A DNA stretch of 64,000 nt from assembly GCF_902713615.1 (NCBI RefSeq), contig NC_052150.1, positions 72,967,790 to 73,031,789 on the forward strand, read 5' to 3'. Within the stretch, counting starts at the first letter, position 1. Every line of letters begins with the position of its first letter. The stretch is from Scyliorhinus canicula. Lineage: Eukaryota. Below the pieces are notes generated by a model. That model was not told the DNA's origin, made no database searches, and worked only from the letters and a program-made list of their open reading frames with translations. The translations under genes were made by a program, and so were the position numbers. Positions 48,377-58,782 of this stretch are shown here, piece after piece.

Positions 48377-49614
48377 TACTGTTTTTTACACATGTTTGGA
48401 ATAAAATACTTTTTTAAAAAACTGTTTCGCACCAGTGGTGTGAATGCAAATTTACACAGAAATGACTTGGGTGGAAGTTTTCAGTATTTTAATTACATTT
48501 TCTAATCAATGTTATCAAGACAGCACAGAAAACCTCAATGCATTACTAATTAAACTCATCTGCTATAACATTAATTAATATACATAATTAATATAAACAT
48601 TTACATAAATAATAAGAGTTGCACTGGATGAGTTGAAATATGATAAAACAAAGTTGAGCAAAGACTGTCAGCTCATTGTACCTGTGAGATTGTACAACTT
48701 CAGACAAAGCAGCATAAGCGAGGCAAAAATAGAGAACTGCGGTAAATCTCAGAAAATTCCTGGCGAATTTCTTCAGTGAAGCAAGCTCCCGGAGACTATG
48801 GTTATCCATGACATACCACCAGATATACTTAAATAACCCCAACTATATCCAATGCAATATTTCCCTTGTATATATTTTTTTCCTGGCTGTGAGTTGACCT
48901 TGCTTTGCGACACTTGCTCCAGGAACCTCACCCCTCCCGTATCTTGTAAAATGTCTCCAGCTGTCTCTCTAGCTCAGAGTTCAATTCAGTCGAGTTTACC
49001 TGAAGACACTTGTTATACATTTGCTTGTTATGCTCACTGTTGCTTTCAAGAGACTCTCACATCATACACATGCACGGTACAAGTTCACACAATGTTAATT
49101 GCCACCGTCCTGCTATCCTAAATCAATTCTGAAACTAAAAATAACAGCTTTAAAACAATTGTTTCCATGTTAACCTCCAACTCAAGTCAAACTATTTCAA
49201 ATTACTTTGCTGCTTTATAATTCACCCAGTCAAACACAAGTACCATTTAAAAACTGAAAATTAAACACAGCTAATGCCTTCATGCTTATTTTGTGGTTTG
49301 CTTGTCAGTTGAACCAGAGCTGCTGCTCTAGGGTGCAGACCTTAGACCTGCACTCCAAGGTCTGGCAGCTGTAATTAACTAGAAATTTCCTAATTTTACA
49401 TAGAAACCTAAAGCATGCCATAATTATTAGAAGGATCATTCCAAAGTAAACATTGGTTTAATTCTGTTAATGTTACCACTTCGCTCTTCCAGTACAGAGC
49501 ATCTGAAGGTGGAAAATCAAGACAGAGAAATCCATGCACGGCATTCATAAGACATATTGGCCTCCATGCCCAACTTCCTGATATGGTGCTAATTTCTATG
49601 TGTATACATGTATT

Positions 49615-49790
49615 CTTTTTTTTTTAGTTTAGAATACCCAAATTCTTTTTTTTCCCCAATTAATTATTAATAATATTCTTTATTGTCACAAGTAGGCTTA
49701 CATTAACACTGCAATGAAGTTGCTGCCAATTCACCTACCCTGCACATCGTTTTGGGGGCGAGACCCATGCACTCACGAGGATAATGTGCT
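49615..49790 (-). mobile_element. Truncated short-tail SINE containing a fragment of the (ATT)n-tail SINE
   Basis: 49665-49722 matches the reverse complement of 8732-8790. Confidence 0.65.
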
Positions 49791-49858
49791 CAATGTAATA
49801 AATTTGAGATAAATCAAATTCTCCCACTCTAACCAGCTCTTTCAAGAAGCAAAGTTAC

Positions 49859-50001
49859 CTTTTTAGTGGAATTAATGGCTGTGCTTAGCACAGATCCTAG
49901 TTTAATGATCTCTTTGTTCTCTGAAACACATTTGTAGTAGTTCTTCATTTGGGCAGGGATCAGTAAATTCACAGATGCAGAGGTATCTGAGATGCTGCCA
50001 T
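49859..50001 (-). CDS. DNAH5: DNAH5 exon, 143 nt
   Basis: [29 protein letters not shown]; ttcag|AT acceptor, AAG|gtaac donor. Confidence 0.9.
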
Positions 50002-50192
50002 CTGAAAGAGTGGACAACAAAATAAAGGATATTACAATATTGCAGTTAATTGTTATTTTGTATCTTACATATATTTCAGGAAGATGCACCAAATGTGCCT
50101 TATAGGCATGAGATCTAGGTATCACAAATGAATAAGGTTCAATAAAGATACACAGTACTGCAAATCGAGAATTCCTGCTCCAACCAACAAGT

Positions 50193-53100
50193 TTTTAAAA
50201 ATGTATTTATGGGATGTGGGCATCGCTTGTTAGGCCAGCATTTATTAGCCATCCCTAGTTGCCCTTCAGATGGTGGTGAGTTGCCTTCTTTAAATGCTGC
50301 AGTCCCTGGGGTATAGGTACACTCACAGTGCTGTTAGGAAGGGAATCCCAGGATTTTGACTCAGCGACAGTGAAGGAACGGCGATATATTGGAGGGGAAC
50401 CTCCAGGTGGTGATGTTCCCAGGTATCTGCTCTTCTTGTCCTCCTAAATGGTAGTGGTCATGGGTTTGGGAGGTGCTGCCTAAAGGACCTTGGCGAGTTC
50501 CTGCAGTGCATCTTGTAGCTGGTAAATACAGTTGTCACTGTTCGTCGGTGGTGGAGGGATTGAATATTTGTGGAAGGGATAGCAATCATGTGGGTTGCTT
50601 TGTCCGGGATGGTGTCAAGCTTCTCGAGTGTTGTTGGAGCTGCACCCATCCAGACAAGTGCACAGTATTCCATTACACTCCTGACTTATGGCTTGTAAAT
50701 GGTGGACAGGCTTTGAGGGGTCAGGAGGTGAGTTACGCAATATAGGATTCCTAGCCTTTGACCTGCTCTGGTAGCCATAGTATTAATACGGTTAGTCCAG
50801 TTCGGTTTCTGACCAATGGTAACCTCCAGGATGTTGATTGTGGGGGTTCAGCAATGGTAATTCTATTGAACGTCAAGGGGCTATGGTTAGGTCCTCTTTT
50901 GTAGGAAATGGCCATTGCTTGGCACTTGTGTAACACAAATGTAACTTGCCACTGGTCAGTCTAGCCAGGATATTGCCCAGGTCTTGCTGCATTTGGACAT
51001 GGACTGCTTCAATCTGAGGAGTCATGAATGGTGTTAAGCATTGTGCAGTCATCAGTGAACATTCCCACTTCTGACCTTTTAATGGCAGAGAGGTCATTGA
51101 TGAAGCAGCTGAAGATGGGTGGGCCTAGGACAATACCCCTGAGGAACTCCTGAATTGATGTTCTGGAGCTTAGCTGATTGACCTCCAACCACCACAACCA
51201 TCTTCCTTTGTGCCAGGTATGACTCCTACCAGCGGAGAATTTGCTCCCGATTCCCACTGACTGCAGTTTTGTTAGGGCTCATTGATGCCCTACTCGGTCA
51301 AATGTTGCCTTGATGTCAAGGGCAGTCACTCTCATCACCTCTGGAATTCAGCTCTTTTGTCCATGTTTGAATCAAGGCTGCAATGAGGTCAAGAGCTGAG
51401 TGACTCTGGCGGAAGCCAAACTGAGTGTCTGTGAGCAGGTTATTGCTGAATAAGTGCCGCTTGATAGCACTGTCAATGATTCCTTCCATCACTTTGTTAA
51501 TGACGGAGAGTAGACTGATAAGAGGTAGTTGGCTGGGTTAGATTTGTCCTGTTTCTTGTTTACAGGACACACCTGGACAATTTTCCACAACGCCAGGTCA
51601 ATGCCAGTGTTGTAGCTGTACTGGAATAGCTTGGCCAGGGGTGTGGCAAGTTCTGGAGCACAAGCCTTCAGTTGTCGGAATATTGTCAGGGCCCATAGCC
51701 TTTGCAGTATCCAGTGCCTTCAACCATTTCTTGATATCCCATGGAGGGAATTGTATTAGCTGAAGACGGCATCTGTGATGCTGGGGACCTCTGGAGGAGA
51801 TTGAGTTAATCAATTCGGCACTTCTGGCTGAAGATTGTCGCGAATGCTTCAGCCTCGTCTTTTACACAGATGTGCTGGGCTCCTCCATCATTGAGCAAAG
51901 GGATATTTGGGAAGCCTCCTCCTCCAGGGAGTTGTTTAATTGTCCACCACCACTAATGGCTTGATGTGGCAGGGCTGCAGATCTTAGATCAGATTGATGT
52001 GTTTGTTGTGGAATCGGTTAGCCCTAATGGTGGACAGTACGTACTAATCAGCAGGAGGTTTCCTTGCCCATGTTTAACCTAAAACCATGAGACTTCATGG
52101 GGTCTAGAGTAGATGTTGAGGACGCCCAGGGAAAACTCCCTTACGACTTTATACCACTGTGCCACCATCTCTGCTGAGTTTGTCTTGCCAGTGGGTGAGG
52201 ACATACCCAGGACTGGTGATAGTAGTGTCTGGGGCATTGTCTGTAAGGTATGATTCTGTGAGTATGAATATGTCAGGCTATTGCTAGACTAGTCTGTGAG
52301 ACAGATCTCCCAACTTTGGCACAAGCCCCAGATGTGAGAAAGGGGGAGTTTGCAGAATCGACAGGGCTGGGTTTGCCTTGTTGTTTCCGGTGCCTGGGTG
52401 AATGCTGGGAAGTCCGTCCAGTTTCATTACTTTATTGTGTTTTTTTTGTAACAGTTGAATACAACTCAGTAGCTTGCTCGGCCTTTTCAGAAGGCATTTA
52501 AGAGTCAGTCACATTGCTCTGAGTCTGGAGTCACATTTAGGCCAGACCTGGTAAGGACGGTAGATTTCCTTCCCAAAAGGACATTAGTGAACCAGATGGG
52601 TTTTTATGACAATCAGCAGACTTTCAGGTCGGGATTCTCAGAGACGGCGTGGGCTCAGAGAATCGGCGTTCACGCCAAGACAGCCTGCGACGCTGGTCCG
52701 ACACCAGGACGCGCACCTCCGGCGACTGGAGAATCACTGCGAGTCGCACGCGCGCAGTCGATGCGGCGCAGGTCGGGGGCCATTGAAAGAGGCCCCTGCG
52801 CCGATTCTGCGGCGGCAACTGGCCGAGTTCCACTGGTGTGGTTCTGATGGTTCCACCCGGCGGGCACTCGGAGTCGCGGCTGCGGTGGCCGTCCTGGTGG
52901 GGGGCGTGGAGGGGGGGGGGGGATCCGTCACCGGGGGGCGCCTCCAGGATGCCCAGGATCATGATCGGGAGCCACTGATCAGCGGGCATGCGCAGTCTGG
53001 GTGGGGACTATTTCTTTGGCGTCGGCCCGCTGTGTGGGTCCACCATGTTGCGCGAGGCCGGCGCCGCAGCTGGCCGCAGCACGCATGACCGGACCTGTGC

Positions 53101-53405
53101 CGGCAGTGCAGGGCTACGCATCGGCAGCTGGAGCTTTGTGGAGCACTCCGGCACCATGCTGGCCCCTGTGGTCCACGGAATCGCTGGGCCAAGGAGCCTA
53201 TTGACGCCGGCGTGAAACACGTCGCTGTTTATGCCGGCACCAACACTTAGCCGCTGTTTTGAAGAATCCCGGCCTTGATTCCAAATATTTTATTGAGTTT
53301 AACTTCCATCACCTACCGTTGTGGGATTCGAACCCAGGTCCCCAGAGTATTACCCTGGGTCTCTGAATTCCTAGTCCAGTGACAATACCACTACGCCACT
53401 GCCTC
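50193..53405 (-). mobile_element. Decayed CR1-group LINE with EN and RT remnants and a tRNA-like 5' head
   Basis: EN remnant PDIFILTESYL..PGYVL; KAMGPDNIP; LGPPIFSCFINDL..MFTDDCT; MEYCALVW; A box TGGCGTAGTGG and B box GGTTCGAATCC at the 5' end. Confidence 0.8.
52627..53274. mobile_element. CpG-rich MITE inserted in the LINE 5'UTR
   Basis: TIR ggtcgggattct / agaatcccggcc; internally similar to the 38455 copy. Confidence 0.8.
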
Positions 53406-53790
53406 GCCTTTGATTTTGGTGTGACAAGGTGATAGAAATTTTACTTTTGAAAATGACTTTACGAAAATATGGACAAATGCTGAACTGAAAAGATGTCAAT
53501 ATATTCTGTTTCTGTGTTGCTTCCCAGTGAGTGACCTACACTAACAAAGCTGACTGATTTGATTTTTCGGGTTCAAATTACTAGGCCGCTATGTGTCTAC
53601 AGTTATCACGTTCTCCAAAACATGCTTTTAAAGCAATGATAATTTGATAAAAGATCAATTTACGGGGAAAGGCCATGAAAGCTGGACTCAGTGAATAGCA
53701 CTTTCAGATTTCATTCTGTGCTGATATGATAAAGGATTCAATAACAGCATGGATTTTGTAATAATTTGGAGCGCTTGAAATATGCATTAC

Positions 53791-53890
53791 CAAAAACACG
53801 TCTGATTGCAGTTTCTGGGGCTCCATCTTCAGAATCACTGTCTCTGCTGCCATGCCTCAATGTTGCAATCTTTCTTTCATTCATTTTTTT
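53791..53890 (-). CDS. DNAH5: DNAH5 exon, 100 nt (KKMNERKIATLRHGSRDSDSEDG...)
   Basis: atag|AAA acceptor, G|gtaat donor; phase 0-1 fits both neighbouring exons. Confidence 0.85.
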
Positions 53891-53991
53891 CTATCCATGT
53901 GAAGAGAAGCAAATATTAAACAAAAATGAACAATTAATTATAATACTAAGTTAAATTGGTAAATATAAAATCATTAAAGATCAAAACAAAC

Positions 53992-54182
53992 CTTTGAAAT
54001 TCTTTCTTTACTCCACTGGCCAACTCCTCTCGGGACACTGATGATACACTCCACTGCTTTATTCAGAGCCTGTTGTACTTCGTCCAGTGCAGGTATCATG
54101 GTAATATTGGGAATAGACAATGTGATGTTAGTTCTGAAGATGGGATGGCTTGACTGCTTCTGTTTGTTGGAGAGATCATTTT
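53992..54182 (-). CDS. DNAH5: DNAH5 exon, 191 nt
   Basis: [34 protein letters not shown]; atag|AA acceptor, AAG|gtttg donor. Confidence 0.9.
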
Positions 54183-54240
54183 CTATTTGAAAAATCAAAA
54201 CATACTCTGAACAAATGAGTTGTGAAAGGAGGTCAGTGCG

Positions 54241-55049
54241 ATATTGATGGCGGGGAGACTGGAGAAAGGGGTGGTGTCGGCGATTTATGGGGTTATTCTG
54301 GGGGAAGGTAAGGTATCACTGGATGGGATTAAGATAAAGTGGGAGGAAGAGTTGAGGGAGGGCATGGAGGAGGGGTTGTGGTGTGAGGTGCTTCGGAGAG
54401 TAAATGCCTCAACTTTGTGTGCGAGGTTGGGGCTGATACAGTTGAAGGTGGTGTATAGGGTGCACCTCACAAGGGCAGGGATGAGCCGACTTTTTGCGGA
54501 GGAGGAGGAACTTTGTGAACGCTGTGGGATGGGAGGCGCAAATCACGTCACGTTCATATGTTTGGTCCTGCCCAAAACTGGAGGGGTATTGGAGAGAAGT
54601 CTCAAAGGTAATCTTAAAGGTGGTGCATGTGAGACTCAATGTGAGGCAGATGTCTTTGCCTCCAATTCCCAAAGGTGGATTCTATTGGGGTGGAGGTCGG
54701 CCTCCCCACCCTGTGCCTCAGCGTGGCGAGGGGACCTGCTGGAGTTCCCAGCACTCGAGAAAGTAAAGTTCATGTTTACGGGGAGGATGGAAGGGTTCTA
54801 CAACTCATGGGCCTTGGTCATCATGCATTTTCACGAATTAGATGACATCGAACATTAAGAGGGGGGGGGAGCGGTTTGGAATGTATAAATTATTGATGAT
54901 TCTTTGTATTCAAATGTTGGGAGCTGTTTGAGGATGGGTGGAATGAGGGGATTGTTGGCTCGGGGATTGTCATTGTATTTGTTGTTATTGTTGATTATCT
55001 GTTGTGCTAAATATGGTAGAGGAGGAGAATAAAAATATTTATTTTTTAA
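54241..55049 (+). mobile_element. 5'-truncated L1 fragment
   Basis: ORF2 C-terminus (CARLGLIQLKVVYR); perfect 16-bp TSD aaaggaggtcagtgcg at 54225-54240 and 55050-55065. Confidence 0.9.
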
Positions 55050-55249
55050 AAAGGAGGTCAGTGCGTTCCCTAAAACTGCTTTGGGAAATGGTATGTTATT
55101 ATTCCACCAATAACACTGCACTGTAACATTGTTGCTGCTTCCGATTTTGATGAAAGCCAAGAGTACCAAGAGATAGTCTCACATCACTTTTCGTCTGTAA
55201 ATTTTGAAAGTCATTAATCTTAAACAAATATAGAAAATGCTGGATTATA

Positions 55250-55473
55250 TTCATTTTTAAAGAAATTTAAAGTACCCAATTCTTTTTTTCCCCAATTAAG
55301 CGGCAATTTAGCATGGCCTATCCGCTTACCCTGCACATCTTTGGATTGTAGGGGTGAAGCCCACGCAGACACGGGGAGAATGTGCAAACTCCACACGGAC
55401 AGTGACCTGGGGCCAGGAACGAACCCATGTCCACGGCACCATGAGGCAACTGTGCTCCCCACTGTGCCACCCC
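55250..55473 (-). mobile_element. HE1-like SINE, short A-rich tail
   Basis: TSD gaaaatgctggattata / gaacatgctggatata. Confidence 0.87.
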
Positions 55474-55670
55474 GAACATGCTGGATATACTGAACAACTC
55501 TGGAAGTATCCGTAGAAAGAGAAACAGAGTTAATATTTTAGGTCAATGGCCTTGCCTCAGTTCTTTCGCTAATTCCAACCAAAGGTCATCAACCCAAAAT
55601 GTTAACTCTCTTTCTCTATACAGTGATGCTCCCAAACTTTGAGCATTTCTCGCATTTTCTGCTTTTATTG
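55474..55670. repeat. Degenerate ~190-bp palindrome, probable Penelope-like terminus
   Basis: Arms agaaagagaaacagagttaatatttt and aaaatgttaactctctttctct; outer arms also pair. Confidence 0.55.
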
Positions 55671-55928
55671 CACCCTTCTGTACCATTGCTCTATTTTAAC
55701 TGCTACTGCCAATTATTTTCAGTTGCAAAGTTATAGAAACAAGTCACTAGTCCCCTGTAAAAGTATTTGAGCACATGTTTAAAAATCTGTCAGCACTCAT
55801 CATTTTCTGCTGAAGCTGAGGTGTCACACTTGAACTGCTAACCGGTTGTTGTTTGTACTGTACTGACTCAGTCTTTATTCTCTTTGCACTTATACCAGTT
55901 CACGAAGGCCACAATAATTGGTCCGGAT

Positions 55929-56162
55929 AGGGAAGCAGTGGCGCAGTGGTTATCACTGCTGCTTCGCAGTACTGAGGACCCAGGCTCGATCCCGGCCCCA
56001 AGCCAGAGATTGTGTGGAGTTTGCACATTCTCCCCATGTCTGCGTGGGTCTCATTCCAACCCAAAAAAGATGTGCAGGGTTGGTGAACTGGCCATGCTAA
56101 GTTGCCCCTTAATTGGAAAAAAGAATTGGGTACCTTTAAGTTTATTTTTTTTTTTTAAATAA
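55929..56162 (+). mobile_element. HE1-like SINE, short A-rich tail
   Basis: TSD aataattggtc(c/t)ggat at 55913-55928 and 56163-56178. Confidence 0.9.
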
Positions 56163-56234
56163 AATAATTGGTCTGGATTTTGAAATCTGCAGAAAAATTT
56201 AGGTTGTTTATGGTGAAGGTGGCAGACACAATAC

Positions 56235-56477
56235 CTATAAAGTAAAGCATTGATGACGAATGAATACGTTTGCGAATTGCCTCCAGAGTGTTGCGGGTGA
56301 CCTTCAATAATGCATCCACATTGCGGTGACTGAAGTGGGACAGCAATTCCTGTGCTTCTTCTTCAAGTATCTCCATCAAGTCTTTCTTTTTCCTTTTTGT
56401 TACTGGAGATAGGGGGCCACTGCTTATCTGGCTTGCATTATAGGTGAAAGAGCGTTTCTCAGATTTTCTTTCTTCTG
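56235..56477 (-). CDS. DNAH5: DNAH5 exon, 243 nt (240 nt with the alternative NAGNAG acceptor)
   Basis: ORF 56155..56379 ([35 protein letters not shown]); tgcag|CAG acceptor, G|gtatt donor. Confidence 0.88.
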
Positions 56478-56754
56478 CTGCAAAAGATATTTGATGGATT
56501 ATAGTTTCTCTTTACTTCACTAACCATCTATTTGCACATACATCAGGTTACAAATTATTGTCTATTTTGTGCTTTTGTGTTAAATAAAACAAAAACTTAG
56601 AAAATTCTTCACAGTAAACTGTGTTATTAAAAACTATAGCTACCTTTTCTGTTTTTCAGCTATGAAAAATAGAACAGAAATAATCCTGCTACTAGACCCT
56701 ATTTTATCAGGATTTACTCCCAATATTTAATCTCTTTGCATTTTTATTTGTTAC

Positions 56755-56920
56755 CTTCAAGTTCTTTTTGATGTCCATTTCCACTGATTTCTTTGGATTT
56801 TTCTTCATCCTCTTTACCCGGAGGTTCCAAATCCAGTAACATGTTGATAAGTTCGTTAGTAGCTTCCTCCACCAATGAACTTTTACAATGTAGTGTTTGG
56901 GCAGCCTTCACACACAATTC
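56755..56920 (-). CDS. DNAH5: DNAH5 exon, 166 nt ([29 protein letters not shown]...)
   Basis: acag|GAA acceptor, G|gtaac donor, phase 0-1; not in the ORF track, translated by hand. Confidence 0.85.
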
Positions 56921-58113
56921 CTGTCACAAAACAACATGTTAAAATCACTGAAGTGCAAAGGGTACTAAATTAAGTAACTACTGCTCATTGTCATTTATTA
57001 CTATGCTAGCACACCTTTAATCAATTCCTTTCAGCCTAAAAATAATCCGAGCGTATTAAGAATATATTTGTACACCTGTTATCCTAACAGAAATGAAGGT
57101 GTATCAACACAGCAGCCTGATTTTTTGAGCAGGAAGACAGGCTCTCCAGCTGCTTGAAAGTGCTGTAAGAAACCCCCATTGAGAGATGGGCGGGTTATAA
57201 CTCACACATCCGTGGTTTATGGAGGCAGCTGCCTATATAGATTAACAGGTGCCTCCACTCAAGCGTGATTTTGGTGAAGCAGGTGTCTGAAATCCAAAAT
57301 CTGCAGATTAGACCTAAGAGGAGCAGGTACTTGTGGATTCATTTGGACAGCGAGGGTACCCTTTTGGAGTAGTAAAAGTACTCCTTCGAATATGATCTCA
57401 TTACTTTTGGAAGAGGTATGGCATTCTTTGTAAGAGGCCAAGTGTCTTTTGGGATTAATAAATTATTAGAAGTACACACATTTGTGCATAAAAGATGCAT
57501 AAAATCATTGGAACTGTCAAAGATCTGAAAAGCTGTTGAGCTTTCAGGTTGTCAAAACTAATTGGAACTGTCAGAGCTCATTGGAACTGTCAAGGTTGTC
57601 AAAGGATTTAACTCGACTGGGCTTTAATTTTTTTTAAACGTGGAGATTAAAAACATCAGGGCCTCCTACTTCACTCTATTGACATGATTCTGAGGGTTAT
57701 GATAGGATTCGTGTTGCATTACTGATTTTACAACCCAAGATTATCAGAGTGGAGCGCTTCTTAAGAAAACTGTTTGATTGATAACTCAAAGTAGGTTCTA
57801 AAATATAAATGTTTGTTTTCAGAAGAAATTAGCTGAATTAATTTAAATGTAGCAAATCATTTTTATCAACGACTGTGTTTTTTTTTTAAATCATGGGGTC
57901 ATCAATTGACAACTTTATTTTGTGACAGCATTGCTCCCAAGTTTTGCCCGTGGCGGATACTAAGTGGGTTGATATGGAGGAGGTAAGGGCAAAGTGAGAG
58001 GGGTGGAGGCATAGGTAGAGGTGTACAGCGCAGCATAAGAGCTATGATGGGTCATTGGGAGGGGGGGGGGGGGCTTAGAAGGGTCTGCACAAACAAGGGG
58101 CCATGGGGATAAT

Positions 58114-58736
58114 TGGCGGGATTCTCCCTTCTGGGGACTAAGTCCACATGCCCGCCAGAAAACAGGCAAGGATCACTCCAGACTTTTTCCTCGAAGGTCC
58201 GGGGTGATTCTCCAGTTTCCAGGGGGCTTGCAGAGCCCGGCGTGCGTTCCGTGGCTCTGGCTGCCGGCGGGGCCCTGCTAGCCAGACCACGCGGCCGCAC
58301 ATGTGCATGGCGGCCGCAAGCGTGGGTTCCGCCAACATGGCGGAGCCACACAGCGGGCCCGCACGGAGGAACGTAGGTCCCTCCCAGATAGTGATAGCCT
58401 GCCGATCGGTGGCCCCCAATCATGGGCCTGGCCACCGTTGAGGCCCCCCCGGAGTCAGATACCCCCTGCCCGCACCAGGACCGCCACCGTGGCCGTGGGT
58501 CCCAACTCCTGCCGGGTGATACCACATGTAAACCACGGCAGCAGGAGTTCGTCCGGTCCACCGCGGGGTCTGTTCCAACAGCTCCCGACCGGCGCCGCAT
58601 CAACTGCGCACGCAGGACTGGCAAGTCTGCAGAGAATCGCGGAAGCACCGTCGTGCTGGATTTCCGGCGAGAAGGGCTATTCTCCGTCCCCCGCGCCGGG
58701 CACGATTCCGGCCCGGAGGGTTGGAGAATCCCGTCC
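58114..58736. mobile_element. CpG-rich MITE
   Basis: TIR ggcgggattctcc / ggagaatcccgtc; left part similar to the 30903 copy. Confidence 0.78.
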
Positions 58737-58782
58737 CATGTGTGGGAAGAGTGAGGTCTGGAGGGCGGTTTTTGTTTTACTC

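Larger units (their letters stand above)
36240..48416 (+). mobile_element. Old 5'-truncated L1 that hosts a nested TE stack (own pieces about 36240-37656, 38252-38454, 38995-40085, 47731-48416)
   Basis: Colinear ORF2 remnants (PGPDGFPAEF, DQTDFVKG, ERFRYLGIQV, CKKC..HAHMFWGC); 16-bp TSD aaaaactgtttc(a/g)cac at 36224-36239 and 48417-48432. Confidence 0.88.
1133..56920 (-). other. DNAH5: DNAH5 gene span (partial): 17 internal exons, axonemal outer-arm dynein heavy chain 5
   Basis: Exons join in one frame with GT-AG boundaries and matching phases (3156 nt). The peptides [42 protein letters not shown] and [19 protein letters not shown] match dynein heavy chain. Residues such as RGDSTSEII and [16 protein letters not shown] match DNAH5 as I recall it. 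Confidence 0.93.

Noticed and set aside
56644-56659. Possible 16-nt micro-exon (catag|CTGAAAAACAGAAAAG|gtagc, minus strand)
   Set aside because: It would shift the frame, the flanking exons already join in phase, and the donor is weak.
1133-56920. Assignment to the paralog DNAH8
   Set aside because: Peptides and exon sizes fit DNAH5 better as I recall them. A phylogeny would confirm this and exclude a DNAH5-like duplicate.
57505-57605. Three copies of attggaactgtca with variable spacing (CRISPR-like)
   Set aside because: The units are too short and irregular, the context is a vertebrate intron, and there are no cas genes. It is a decayed tandem repeat.
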